Assembly: GCA_043739185.1 (NCBI GenBank)
Contig: JAYUEN010000398.1
Location: 27,280 to 91,279, forward strand
From: Bdellovibrionales bacterium
Lineage (GTDB): Bacteria; Bdellovibrionota; Bdellovibrionia; Bdellovibrionales; JAMPXM01
Reading direction: 5' to 3'
DNA length: 64,000 bases
Numbering within the stretch: position 1 is the stretch's first letter; each line of letters opens with the position of its first letter. The position numbers and the translations under genes are program-made. Below the pieces are notes generated by a model. That model had not been told where the DNA came from. It did no database searches and saw only the letters and a program-made list of their open reading frames with translations. Of the stretch, positions 1-9,609 are shown in pieces.

Positions 1-65
1 TCGCAGAGATCAAGCCAATGCTTTATGTTGGCAAGACTAAGCCTCACGGAGGTCACCATGGCTAA
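1..65 (+). CDS. actC: 3' end of probable alternative complex III subunit ActC (NrfD family), partial
   Basis: Frame 3 reads AEIKPMLYVGKTKPHGGHHG* and overlaps the actD start; position directly upstream of actD. Confidence 0.6.
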   Translation, partial: AEIKPMLYVGKTKPHGGHHG

Positions 66-594
66 TCCATTCGGTAAACGCGTCGGCGGCATTGCAGGAA
101 TTTGGCATGATGATCACGAACTTGTCGTAGCAGCCAAAAAGGTGCGAGATGCAGGTTACGTAAAATTTGATTCGATAACACCTTTTCCGGTACATGGACT
201 TGAAGAGGCGATGGGTATTCGCAGATCAATGATTCCCTGGGTAACCTTTATTGCTGGCCTCATAGGTGGTTTAAGCGGTTTGGGGCTACAGTATTGGGTG
301 GCCGCAGTCGATTGGCCTCTGATTGTCGGTGGTAAACCATTTTTCTCAGTACCAGCATTTATTCCGGTTACTTTTGAGCTGACGGTTTTATTTGCTGCTT
401 TGAGCTCAGTCGGGGCACTTTTTGTTATGTGCGGCTTACCTAAAATCGATCCACCCATCATAGATCGAGATTTGACCAGTCATAAGTTTGCGATTTTTAT
501 TCCAGAAGATGATACGGCTTATGATGCCGCCAAAGTTGAAAGTTTCTTGAAGCAAATTGGTGCAAAAGAAATTAAAAAAGTTGCTGAGTATTAG
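58..594 (+). CDS. actD: Alternative complex III subunit ActD (DUF3341)
   Basis: TPFPVHGL, WPLIVGGKP and PAFIPVTFELTVL motifs; two TM helices; GGAGG before the ATG at 58. Confidence 0.9.
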   Translation: MANPFGKRVGGIAGIWHDDHELVVAAKKVRDAGYVKFDSITPFPVHGLEEAMGIRRSMIPWVTFIAGLIGGLSGLGLQYWVAAVDWPLIVGGKPFFSVPAFIPVTFELTVLFAALSSVGALFVMCGLPKIDPPIIDRDLTSHKFAIFIPEDDTAYDAAKVESFLKQIGAKEIKKVAEY

Positions 595-606
595 AGGGAG
601 TTCGAA

Positions 607-1188
607 ATGAAGTTTTATTTGTCACGTCTCACCTATTTAGCTGGCTCTCTAAGCGTAATTTTAGCTTTTGGCGCATGTTCAATAGGTAAGCATTCACAGC
701 CCAATATTGATCCGATTCAAGATATGATGGATCAAGATGCCATTAAAGCTCAAGACTATCAGCCCGGTGGTGATGGGACCAAGGCGGCCTCTTTGCTGCC
801 GCCTCAGGGGACTGTTCCTCAAGGCTATAAGCCCTATCCCTATCACAACAATGCCGAAGCAGCTGAAAAAAATCTGAAGAATCCTTACGCTGGAGATGAG
901 TCGGTTGAGGTTTTGAAAAATGGCGAAGCCAAATACAATACTTACTGTATTGTTTGCCACGGCCCTCAGGGCAAGGGTGATGGTTTGGTTGCTGCTAAGA
1001 TGTTGCTTAAGCCGCCACCGCTCATATCGGACAAAGTCGTGGGATTTAATGACGGCAGAATTTATCATATTATTACCGACGGCCAAGGAGTCATGAGCTC
1101 CTATGCTTTTCAAATGGTGAATGAAAAAGATCGCTGGGCAGTTGTAAAGTATGTTCGTAGTTTACAGAAATTAGCGAAAGGCAAATAA
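607..1188 (+). CDS. actE: Alternative complex III monoheme cytochrome c lipoprotein ActE
   Basis: Lipobox FGAC, DMxxQ motif, CIVCH heme motif, DGRIYHII; operon context. Confidence 0.88.
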   Translation: MKFYLSRLTYLAGSLSVILAFGACSIGKHSQPNIDPIQDMMDQDAIKAQDYQPGGDGTKAASLLPPQGTVPQGYKPYPYHNNAEAAEKNLKNPYAGDESVEVLKNGEAKYNTYCIVCHGPQGKGDGLVAAKMLLKPPPLISDKVVGFNDGRIYHIITDGQGVMSSYAFQMVNEKDRWAVVKYVRSLQKLAKGK

Positions 1189-1189
1189 G

Positions 1190-2392
1190 ATGCAAGCTTC
1201 TCACAATGCAAGTCCGACCATGCCCGGAAAGTTTGTTCCGAATTCGGCAATTAAGACACTTTATAGTGTGGGTATTTTGATTGGTGTCTTAGCTTTTAGC
1301 GCTGGCATTATGCGCGACCCACAGAGAATTTGGTTCTCTTATTTGGTTAGCTTTTTTTATTTTCTCTGTCTTGGTCTTGGCGGATTGTTTTTTGCTTCAC
1401 TTCAACATTTAACCAATGCGGGCTGGAGCGTTAATATTCGTAGAATTTCAGAATCTCTGGCGGCATTTTTGCCAGTTGGCGCTGTTGCAGCACTTATTTT
1501 AATTTTTGGATCAAAACACTTATATGTTTGGCTTGATGCTAAAGAAGTGGCTCACGATGCCGTTTTGGCCGCAAAGCAATCTTATCTTAATTTTGGCTTT
1601 TTCGTTTTAAGACTAGTTGTATTTATGGGGCTTTGGTTGGGTTTTTCAAAACTCATCATCGGGAACTCAATCAAACAGGATAGCAATGGCGATGAAAAAC
1701 TCTCAATCAAAAATAATGCACTTTCAGTAGTATTTATTCTGCTCTTTGCTTTGAGCTTTTCGCTTTTCAGCGTTGACGCCATTATGAGTTTAGAGCCGCA
1801 TTGGTACTCTACGATTTTTGGGATTTATTGTTTTGCAGGATTGTTTCAGAGCAGTCTTTCACTCATCACCATTATTACTATTTATATGATCAAGCAGGGT
1901 TTGCTTCGGGGCTTGGTGAGCGATCATCATCTTCATGACCTCGGTAAGTATATGAAGGCATTTACGGTATTTTATGCCTATATTGCGTTTTCGCAATTCA
2001 TGTTGATATGGTATGCAAACTTGCCTGAAGAAACTATTTTTTATCTAAACCGTGCAAATGGCGGATGGCTCTTAATTTCTTGGTCGATTTTAATTTTCAA
2101 ATTCATCGTGCCATTCTTGTTACTTCTTCCGAAATGGGCAAAGCGCAGCCAGTCGCAGCTCATTCTGGTGGGCCTCATTATATTGATCATGCAATATGTT
2201 GATATTTATTGGTTGGTATATCCAAACTTAGATAGCAATAGTGTGCAGTTCGGTTGGCAAGAAATCGGCGTTTTCATGGGATTTTTGGGTCTATTCACAT
2301 TGGCGGTCACGCGCTTTTTGACCAAAAATAATTTGGTGCCGATTAGAGATCCTCGTATTCAAGAGTCTATTCACCACGAAGTTACTTACTAA
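1190..2392 (+). CDS. actF: Alternative complex III membrane subunit ActF
   Basis: About 10 TM helices; MSLEPHWYSTIFG, HLHDLGK and SQFMLIWYANLPEE motifs. Confidence 0.9.
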   Translation: MQASHNASPTMPGKFVPNSAIKTLYSVGILIGVLAFSAGIMRDPQRIWFSYLVSFFYFLCLGLGGLFFASLQHLTNAGWSVNIRRISESLAAFLPVGAVAALILIFGSKHLYVWLDAKEVAHDAVLAAKQSYLNFGFFVLRLVVFMGLWLGFSKLIIGNSIKQDSNGDEKLSIKNNALSVVFILLFALSFSLFSVDAIMSLEPHWYSTIFGIYCFAGLFQSSLSLITIITIYMIKQGLLRGLVSDHHLHDLGKYMKAFTVFYAYIAFSQFMLIWYANLPEETIFYLNRANGGWLLISWSILIFKFIVPFLLLLPKWAKRSQSQLILVGLIILIMQYVDIYWLVYPNLDSNSVQFGWQEIGVFMGFLGLFTLAVTRFLTKNNLVPIRDPRIQESIHHEVTY

Positions 2393-2406
2393 TCCTGGCG
2401 ATGGCG

Positions 2407-2457
2407 CACCGCTTCGCCGCCGGAGGCGGTGGAGCTGAAGAACCCTGAATTTTCAGG
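2407..2457. repeat. GC-rich hairpin plus short palindrome after actF (possible terminator or repeat remnant)
   Basis: caccgcttc...gaggcggtg stem, then the cctgaattttcagg palindrome; agaaccctgaattt recurs at 5447-5460. Confidence 0.4.
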
Positions 2458-2671
2458 CTAACGATTTCTAAGTAGTGAATCCTAAATTGTCCTTCCCTAA
2501 CATCCCATTTTCAGATACATTGCGAAGTGTCTAATTAATGAGGGATTTTTGAAACTGACATTTGCTACGAATCTAAAAACCTTGATCAAGGCTCAAACCG
2601 AATTCACCCAGAATTCAGTTGTTGTTTTTTGTATTCGCTCTCATTCTCTCGTCTCATGAAAAGAAATATAA

Positions 2672-4654
2672 ATGTCGTTAATTAAAATTCATTTGCCAGA
2701 TCAGTCTGTTATGGAGTTTGACCACGAGCCGAGTGCGCTTGAAGTGGCAACACGCATCGGCCCAGGCCTTGCGAAGTCAACATTAGGAGCGAAAATCAAT
2801 GGACTCCCTGAAGTCATCGATTTTCGTCTTCCACTTAAAAATGGCACTAAACTAGAAATTGTTACCTTGAAAAGCCCTGAAGCCAACGATGTGATCCGGC
2901 ATACTTCTGCTCATGTTATGGCACAGGCAGTTCAAGAGGTATTTCCGGATGTGAAGGTGACCATTGGTCCAGTGATCGATAATGGTTTCTTTTATGATTT
3001 CGATTCTCCAAGAAGTTTTACTCCTGAAGATCTTGAGAAAATTGAAAAGAAGATGGCTGAAATCGTAGCAAAAGATTTCGAAATCAAGCGCGTAGATATT
3101 CCGATAGATGAAGCGATCGCAACTTTTACTAAAATGGGTGAAAACTTCAAAGCAGAAATTATACAAGATTTAAAAGCCAAGGGCGAAAGCCAAGTTGGAA
3201 TCTACCATCAAGGCCCATGGTTTGATCTTTGCCGAGGGCCTCACATCAAATCGACTGGTCAAATCAAAGCCTTTAAACTCTTGTCGATTGCAGGCTCGTA
3301 CTGGCGTGGGGATGAAACTAAGGCTCGTCTGCAGCGTATTTACGCGACGGCTTTTTCTGATAAGAAAGATCTCGTTGAGTATTTACACAATCTCGAAGAA
3401 GCCAAAAAGCGCGATCATCGCAAGCTCGGTAAAGATCTCGGGCTTTTTCACTTTCATCAGTTGTCCCCAGGCGCTCCATTTTTTACGGGCAAGGGGGCCA
3501 CAATCTACAATGAGCTTCAAAAGTATATGCGCGAGCTTTATTTTGAATTTGATTACGATGAAGTGATCACTCCGCAAATTTTTGATGTCGATCTTTATCA
3601 TAAATCGGGACACTACGAGAATTATCGCGAAAATATGTTTTTCACGCAAATTGATGAGCGCGAGTTTTCATCTAAGCCAATGAATTGTCCGGGCCATTGC
3701 TTGTTGTTTTCAGCTGAACGCCACTCGTATCGGGAGCTTCCTTTGAGAATGGCAGACTTCGGAAGGCTTCACCGTTACGAGCGTAGCGGAGTGATGCATG
3801 GATTGACCAGAGTGCGTTCGTTTTGCCAGGACGATGCCCATATTTTTTGTCGGGCAGATCAGATTCAATCTGAAATTTCAAACTTTGTGCAGCTACTTCA
3901 AAAGGTTTATTCCAAGCTAGGTATGAATGAATACAATATTTTTCTCTCAACTCGGCCGGCAAAGCGCATGGGTTCTGAAGAGGTTTGGAATAAAGCCGAA
4001 GCGGCTCTTGAGGCAGCCTTGAAGCAGCTGAATCTGCCTTATAAAATTAATCCTGGCGATGGTGCCTTTTACGGCCCAAAACTTGATATTATGTTTGTCG
4101 ATGCGATTAAACGTTCATGGCAGCTGGGTACTTTGCAAGTTGATTTCAATTTGCCAGAGGCTTTTGATTTGAAATATGCCGGTGAAGACAATCAGGAGCA
4201 TCGTCCGGTGATGCTTCATCGGGCGATTTTGGGATCTCTTGAGCGATTCATCGGTGTCTATCTCGAACACTGTGCGGGTCATTTGCCAACTTGGTTGTCG
4301 CCAGTTCAGGTACAGATTTTGAATGTAACCGATCGCCAAGATGCATTTTGCACCGAGCTTGAGGAGCAATTGTCTGGTCATGGGGTTCGAGTGCATTATG
4401 ATTCACGTGGTGAAAAGTTGGGATTTAAGATTCGGGAAGCTCAGTTGCAGAAAGTCCCATATATGCTGATCGTTGGGGACAAAGAGTCGGATAATAAAAC
4501 TCTGTCGGTCAGGTCTCGCACCGGTAAAGTAAAAGATGGGGTTGGTCCAAAAGAATTTGCCCAAATGATATTAAATGAAATAAAAAATCGAAGTCTTGAG
4601 AGTGAAATGTTCCCTCAGGATGTTGTTCAACATAACCAGGAGGTTAGCAATTAA
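2672..4654 (+). CDS. thrS: Threonine--tRNA ligase
   Basis: TGS domain, DLCRGPH, RDHRKLG, KPMNCPGH, GAFYGPK and HRAILGSLERF motifs. Confidence 0.99.
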   Translation: MSLIKIHLPDQSVMEFDHEPSALEVATRIGPGLAKSTLGAKINGLPEVIDFRLPLKNGTKLEIVTLKSPEANDVIRHTSAHVMAQAVQEVFPDVKVTIGPVIDNGFFYDFDSPRSFTPEDLEKIEKKMAEIVAKDFEIKRVDIPIDEAIATFTKMGENFKAEIIQDLKAKGESQVGIYHQGPWFDLCRGPHIKSTGQIKAFKLLSIAGSYWRGDETKARLQRIYATAFSDKKDLVEYLHNLEEAKKRDHRKLGKDLGLFHFHQLSPGAPFFTGKGATIYNELQKYMRELYFEFDYDEVITPQIFDVDLYHKSGHYENYRENMFFTQIDEREFSSKPMNCPGHCLLFSAERHSYRELPLRMADFGRLHRYERSGVMHGLTRVRSFCQDDAHIFCRADQIQSEISNFVQLLQKVYSKLGMNEYNIFLSTRPAKRMGSEEVWNKAEAALEAALKQLNLPYKINPGDGAFYGPKLDIMFVDAIKRSWQLGTLQVDFNLPEAFDLKYAGEDNQEHRPVMLHRAILGSLERFIGVYLEHCAGHLPTWLSPVQVQILNVTDRQDAFCTELEEQLSGHGVRVHYDSRGEKLGFKIREAQLQKVPYMLIVGDKESDNKTLSVRSRTGKVKDGVGPKEFAQMILNEIKNRSLESEMFPQDVVQHNQEVSN

Positions 4655-5375
4655 GAGCTTTAATAGTTCCAGACCAGCAGGAGGCACCGGTGGCGGTGGT
4701 TCAAGAGGATCTTTCGGCGGTGGAGGCGGCGGTGGCGCCCCTAAAAAAGGTGGCGGCAAGGATTCGCTCAGGATCAACCGAGAAATCAGAGCCCCAGAAG
4801 TACGCGTGATCGATGAAGATGGAACTATGCTTGGAGTATTTCCTCCACATGAAGCACTTAGGCTTGCTGAAGGCAAAGGCCTTGATTTAATTGAAATTGC
4901 GCCGACGGCAAAACCGCCGACTTGCAAGATCATGGACTACGGAAAATTCAAATACGAGAACAAGAAAAAAGAACATCAAGCGCGCAAAAACCAAACAGTT
5001 ATTACGATTAAAGAAATTCAACTTCGACCCCGCACCGATCAACATGATCTCGACGTGAAATTGCGGGCAGCACGTGGCTTTTTGCTTGAAGGTGATAAAG
5101 TAAAAGTCAATTTGCGATATTATGGTCGCGAAATGGCCCATCAAGAATTGGGTTTGGCGGTCCTGCAAAAAGTGACTGCGGCACTAATCGATATTGCGAT
5201 GGTTGAGGTTCCTCCAAAAATGGAAGGTCGCCAACTCTTCGTTTTGTATGCTCCAGATCCAGTTAAAATTAAGGAAATGGGCAAAGCGGCCGCTGCTGGG
5301 GCAGCTCGGGCAACTCCGCCAAAAGAGCAAAAAGATGCTCCGGCTACACCTGAAGCAGTTGAGAGCGCAGAGTAG
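4650..5375 (+). CDS. infC: Translation initiation factor IF-3 (ATT start)
   Basis: RINREIR..EVRVI and PPTCKIMDYGKFKY motifs; AGGAGG (4638-4643) precedes an in-frame ATT at 4650 that overlaps the thrS stop. Confidence 0.96.
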   Translation: MKSFNSSRPAGGTGGGGSRGSFGGGGGGGAPKKGGGKDSLRINREIRAPEVRVIDEDGTMLGVFPPHEALRLAEGKGLDLIEIAPTAKPPTCKIMDYGKFKYENKKKEHQARKNQTVITIKEIQLRPRTDQHDLDVKLRAARGFLLEGDKVKVNLRYYGREMAHQELGLAVLQKVTAALIDIAMVEVPPKMEGRQLFVLYAPDPVKIKEMGKAAAAGAARATPPKEQKDAPATPEAVESAE

Positions 5376-5600
5376 GATCAGGCAGCGGGCAGCCGCTGCT
5401 GTAAACTGTTTCAGTTTCGGCGGGCGGGCACCTGATTGCCTGGCCCAGAACCCTGAATTTCTTTGAAAAGTCCTTGTCTTATCAGGCTTTAATCGACTAT
5501 ATCTTGTGCTCTCGCAAATTTTTTGCGGGTGTATTCTGTTTTGGGTTCACAAAGATTTTGGTCAATTTCGATCGAAACACCTACGCAGAGAAAGAACAAT

Positions 5601-5792
5601 ATGAAAACGAAAACCCACTCGGGTGCAAAAAAGCGTTTGATTCTTTTGCCAGGTGGCAAAGTTAAACGTAAGCAAGCTGGCCTCCGCCATCGTCTCAAAA
5701 GTCACAATTCAAAATTGAAAAGACACCTCGGTGATACGGTTTATGTTCACAGTGCGAATATGAATCAGACTCGTCGCTTACTTGGTTTCTAA
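5601..5792 (+). CDS. rpmI: 50S ribosomal protein L35
   Basis: MKTKTHSGAKKR...; lies between infC and rplT. Confidence 0.96.
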   Translation: MKTKTHSGAKKRLILLPGGKVKRKQAGLRHRLKSHNSKLKRHLGDTVYVHSANMNQTRRLLGF

Positions 5793-5875
5793 TCAGTCCG
5801 TTGCTTATTGGTTTAAAGCCAATAAATTTGAATCAAAAACTTAATAAATTTAGATAAATTTTCAGGAGAAGATGT

Positions 5876-6238
5876 ATGGCAAGAGTAAAAGGTGGCGTTA
5901 CAGGCCGCAGACGACGTAAAAAGGTAATGGACCGAGCAGAAGGTTACTACTCATCTGGTAGTCGCTGCTTCATTCATGCAAAAGAAAAAAATGACCGTGG
6001 AATGGTATTTAGCTACCGCGATCGCAAAGTCCGCAAGCGTGCATTCAGAACTTTGTGGATCACCCGTATCAATGCTGCAGCAAGAATCAATGGTACCAGC
6101 TATTCAACATTTATGAATTCCCTCGAAAAGGCCTCGTTGAATCTCGATCGTAAAGTTTTGGCTGATATGGCCGTAAACGATGCGACAGGCTTCGCAGCTT
6201 TAGTAGCGCGTGTGGTTCCAGGCCGAGTAGTTGCATAA
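5876..6238 (+). CDS. rplT: 50S ribosomal protein L20
   Basis: MARVKGG, YRDRKVRKRAFRTLWITRINAAAR and LDRKVLADMA. Confidence 0.99.
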   Translation: MARVKGGVTGRRRRKKVMDRAEGYYSSGSRCFIHAKEKNDRGMVFSYRDRKVRKRAFRTLWITRINAAARINGTSYSTFMNSLEKASLNLDRKVLADMAVNDATGFAALVARVVPGRVVA

Positions 6239-6272
6239 TATTTTAAAAGCAGAATTTTTTTTCAAATAAAAT

Positions 6273-6306
6273 AAAAAGGCTCACCGATAGGTTGAGCCTT
6301 TCTTTT
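6273..6306 (+). terminator. Rho-independent terminator after rplT
   Basis: aaaggctca...tgagccttt stem followed by a T-rich tail. Confidence 0.8.
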
Positions 6307-6342
6307 AGGTCGGTACTCAAAACCGGCCTGGCAGAGTGAACA

Positions 6343-7386
6343 ATGACCAAGGGCGACTCTTTTCAAGAATTTGAACAACGAAAAGGTGATCATATTCGCT
6401 TGGCATTGTCGCAAAGCTCGCAAACCGAGAGTCTTTCCGGAATCGATCGCATTCGTCTCAAACACGAAGCATTTCCAGAAATGAATTTTGCGGATATCGA
6501 TGTTTCTTGTGAACTCTTTGGTAAGAAGTTGCGATCACCTTTTTTTGTAAGCTCGATGACCGCTGGTCACGCGGGTTCTCTCAAGCTCAATCATCGCTTT
6601 GCCAAAGCCTGTAGTGAAAAATCTTGGATCATGGGAGTGGGTTCCCAGAGAAGAGAGCTCTTTGATGAAAATGCCGGTCAGGAATGGCAGCAAATTCGCG
6701 CCGAATTTCCGGATTTGATTTTACTTAGTAATATTGGCCTGTCCCAACTAATTAAAACACCATTAGAAAAAATTCAAAAACTCATTAGCTCTTTAAAGGC
6801 TCAGGCCTTGATTGTTCATACCAATCCGCTCCAGGAAGCACTTCAGCCGGAGGGAACCCCTGAATTTGAGCATGGATTAAAAGCTCTAAAAAATTCACTT
6901 CAATTCCTTTCAGTTCCTGTCATAGTTAAAGAAACGGGTTGTGGCTTTTCAAAAGCTAGTCTTGAAAAGCTCAATGATATCGGAGTGCCTATAGTAGATT
7001 TGAGCGGATTGGGGGGAACCCATTGGGGTCGAATTGAAGGCTTGAGATCAAAACCCATAGAAAAACTTCACAAGGCTTCGAAGGTTTTTGCTGATTGGGG
7101 CATTTCAACTGTAGAATCCTTACTTAATGCTCGGTCAATTGGTCCTAAGTTTCAGATCTGGGCATCAGGTGGAGTGAGATCGGGTCTTGATGCTGCAAAA
7201 TTTATTGCAATGGGCGCTTCGATGGTGGGAATAGCAAAACCAATCTTGGCGGCGGCACTAGAGTCAGAAGAAGAATTGCTTTCAACGATGGAGCAATTTG
7301 AGTTTGAATTGCAGCTTGCAATGTTCTGTTGTGGTGCCAAAAGCATCAAGCAGTTACAGGAGAATCAGGTATGGGAAAAGATTTAA
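6343..7386 (+). CDS. fni: Type 2 (FMN-dependent) isopentenyl-diphosphate delta-isomerase
   Basis: RKGDHI, SMTAG, GSQR, NPLQEALQPEG, KETGCG, GGTHW and ASGGVRSG motifs. Confidence 0.96.
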   Translation: MTKGDSFQEFEQRKGDHIRLALSQSSQTESLSGIDRIRLKHEAFPEMNFADIDVSCELFGKKLRSPFFVSSMTAGHAGSLKLNHRFAKACSEKSWIMGVGSQRRELFDENAGQEWQQIRAEFPDLILLSNIGLSQLIKTPLEKIQKLISSLKAQALIVHTNPLQEALQPEGTPEFEHGLKALKNSLQFLSVPVIVKETGCGFSKASLEKLNDIGVPIVDLSGLGGTHWGRIEGLRSKPIEKLHKASKVFADWGISTVESLLNARSIGPKFQIWASGGVRSGLDAAKFIAMGASMVGIAKPILAAALESEEELLSTMEQFEFELQLAMFCCGAKSIKQLQENQVWEKI

Positions 7387-8669
7387 ATCCAGATTTGTTT
7401 CAAGGCTTTTCAAAGCTGACCCGAGATCAGCGTTTTGACCGTTTGGTTGCCATGGGAGCTTTAAATCGCGAAGACGTAAAATTTCTCAGCCGTGGTGGCA
7501 TAAAGGATTTCAGTCTAGCAGAAAATTTCATTGAAAATGTCATTGGCTATTTTCAGATGCCGCTCGGAGTGGCGACCAATTTCTGTATCGACGGCCAGGA
7601 AATATTAATTCCGATGGCAGTTGAAGAGACCTCAATCATTGCGGCAGCAAGTAAGACCGCCAAGTGGGTGCGTGAATTTGGCGAGATTACAACTAAATCG
7701 TTGGGCCAACTCATCATTGGGCAAATTCAAATTTCAAAAGTTAAAAATTTTGATTTTTTAAATACCCAAATTCAACTTCATAAAAGCAATTTAATTCATG
7801 AAGCCAATCGCCAGGTTTCAAAGAGTATGGTCGAGCGTGGTGGCGGCGTTCGAGATATTGAAGTCAGAAGGCTCGACCGTGGAGATGGCCATGAAATGGC
7901 GATCTTGCATGTCTTAGCCGACCCCTGTGATGCCATGGGTGCCAATGTGATAAATCAAATTTGTGAGTTTTTAAAAGCTCCGATTGAAGAACTCACTGGC
8001 GAAAATGTTACCATGTGCATACTTTCAAATCTCGTAGACACCAAACTCACCCAAGCTCAGGTGAAATTGCGCGGAATTGATCCGGATCTTGCACTGCGAA
8101 TTTGTGAAGCTTCGCTTTTTGCTCAGCAAGATCCTTATCGTGCAGCGACCAATAATAAGGGCGTTTTGAATGGCATTGATCCGATCTTGATTGCGACCGG
8201 AAATGACTGGCGCGCAGTTGAAGCCGGAGTTCACGCCTACGCTGCCAGATCAGGTCAATATCGCTCAATTACTAAATGGCAGTATATCAATGAAGAGCTA
8301 GTGGGAACCCTGGTCGCGCCCATCGTGGCGGGTACAGTCGGCGGTGTTACTAAACTTCATCCTACGGCACAAATTTGTCTGAATATGCTTGCTGTCGAAA
8401 ATGCATCTCATCTTTCACGAGTGATGGCGGCCGTCGGCCTCGTGCAGAATTTAGGCGCCCTAAAGGCCCTCACCACAGTGGGAATTATTGAAGGGCATAT
8501 GAAGCTTCATATAAAAAATCTCAGTCTTGGCGCGGGCGCATCTGCTGATGAAATGTCCTATGTACAAACTAAACTTGAAGAGATTTTGAAATTGAAAAAG
8601 CGTATATCTTTACACAATGCAGTCGAAGTTTTGACTGAGCTTCGTGCGCGAAATGCAATCCACAGTTAA
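7371..8669 (+). CDS. mvaA: Hydroxymethylglutaryl-CoA reductase, class II
   Basis: ENVIG, PMAVEETS, DAMGAN, GNDWRAVEAG and GHMKLH motifs. Confidence 0.96.
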   Translation: MGKDLNPDLFQGFSKLTRDQRFDRLVAMGALNREDVKFLSRGGIKDFSLAENFIENVIGYFQMPLGVATNFCIDGQEILIPMAVEETSIIAAASKTAKWVREFGEITTKSLGQLIIGQIQISKVKNFDFLNTQIQLHKSNLIHEANRQVSKSMVERGGGVRDIEVRRLDRGDGHEMAILHVLADPCDAMGANVINQICEFLKAPIEELTGENVTMCILSNLVDTKLTQAQVKLRGIDPDLALRICEASLFAQQDPYRAATNNKGVLNGIDPILIATGNDWRAVEAGVHAYAARSGQYRSITKWQYINEELVGTLVAPIVAGTVGGVTKLHPTAQICLNMLAVENASHLSRVMAAVGLVQNLGALKALTTVGIIEGHMKLHIKNLSLGAGASADEMSYVQTKLEEILKLKKRISLHNAVEVLTELRARNAIHS

Positions 8670-9600
8670 TTCACAGTCTGAAAAGACCTTGCTTGCCGAG
8701 CTTTCGGTTCCATCAAAGAGTTTTTTGATGGGAGAATATCTCATTCTCTTTGGTGGCCCGGCTTTGGTGATTGCGACCACCCCAAGATTTAAATTAAAAG
8801 TATTTGAGTCTAAAAAATCCTTTCATCCTTTTCATCCAAAATCGCCGGCAGGCTTGCTGCTTAAGGAACAAAATTTAAAAAATATCTTTTTTGAATTTAG
8901 TGATCCTTATTTTGGCTCAGGCGGTATGGGCGCATCTTCGGCGCAGTTTGTTTTGATTCATTCCTACCTCAATTTGAAAAAGGATATGAGCTGGCAAGCA
9001 TTGTATAAGAGTTATCGGGCTCAAAGCTCAGGAGTCGAGAATTGGCGGAGACCAAGTGGCGGAGATGTCATTGCTCAGTTTATGGGGGGCATTAGCTCTT
9101 TTCATCCGCGGCTGAACAGTCTTGAAAACTTAAGTTGGAGTTTTTCAGATCTTGAATTTTCACTTTTTAAAACCTCACAAAAACTTGCAACCCACCTTCA
9201 CTTAAATGAAGAGCGAGATTTTCAAAAGGATTTGCAAAAGCCCGAGCGCCTTAGCGAAGTCAGTGCTTTGGTTGAGCAGGCCAGCGCCGCACTTAAAGCT
9301 TGCAATAGTGATTCTTTTATTGAGGCCTTTGCTGCATTTTCAAAAATACTAGAGAGTTTAAAATTGGTGGCAGTTCCCACTCAGAAAATATTGAAGGCCT
9401 TGAGAATGCATTCTGAGGTTTTGGCGTCGAAGGGTTGCGGAGCAATGGGCGTTGATGTGATTTGTGTTTTACATCGGCCAGAACATAAGTCCTTGATTTT
9501 GGCGGAGGCTACGAACTTGGGGCTTAAGTTTCTGGCCAATCACAAACAGCTCGATTCTGCAGGCTTTCGAATTGATTCAGAAGCTTCGCTGAGGGTATAA
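8653..9600 (+). CDS. GHMP kinase, probable phosphomevalonate kinase
   Basis: PSKSFLMGEY, GGMGASSA, SGGDV and KGCGAMGVD motifs; lies in the mevalonate operon. Confidence 0.72.
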   Translation: MQSTVNSQSEKTLLAELSVPSKSFLMGEYLILFGGPALVIATTPRFKLKVFESKKSFHPFHPKSPAGLLLKEQNLKNIFFEFSDPYFGSGGMGASSAQFVLIHSYLNLKKDMSWQALYKSYRAQSSGVENWRRPSGGDVIAQFMGGISSFHPRLNSLENLSWSFSDLEFSLFKTSQKLATHLHLNEERDFQKDLQKPERLSEVSALVEQASAALKACNSDSFIEAFAAFSKILESLKLVAVPTQKILKALRMHSEVLASKGCGAMGVDVICVLHRPEHKSLILAEATNLGLKFLANHKQLDSAGFRIDSEASLRV

Positions 9601-9609
9601 CAAAATCAA

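Noticed and set aside
4596..4649. Upstream start for infC
   Set aside because: Lies inside thrS; the RBS fits the ATT at 4650.
5510..5530. Hairpin as an L20 leader
   Set aside because: A single short stem; not enough to call without a covariance model.
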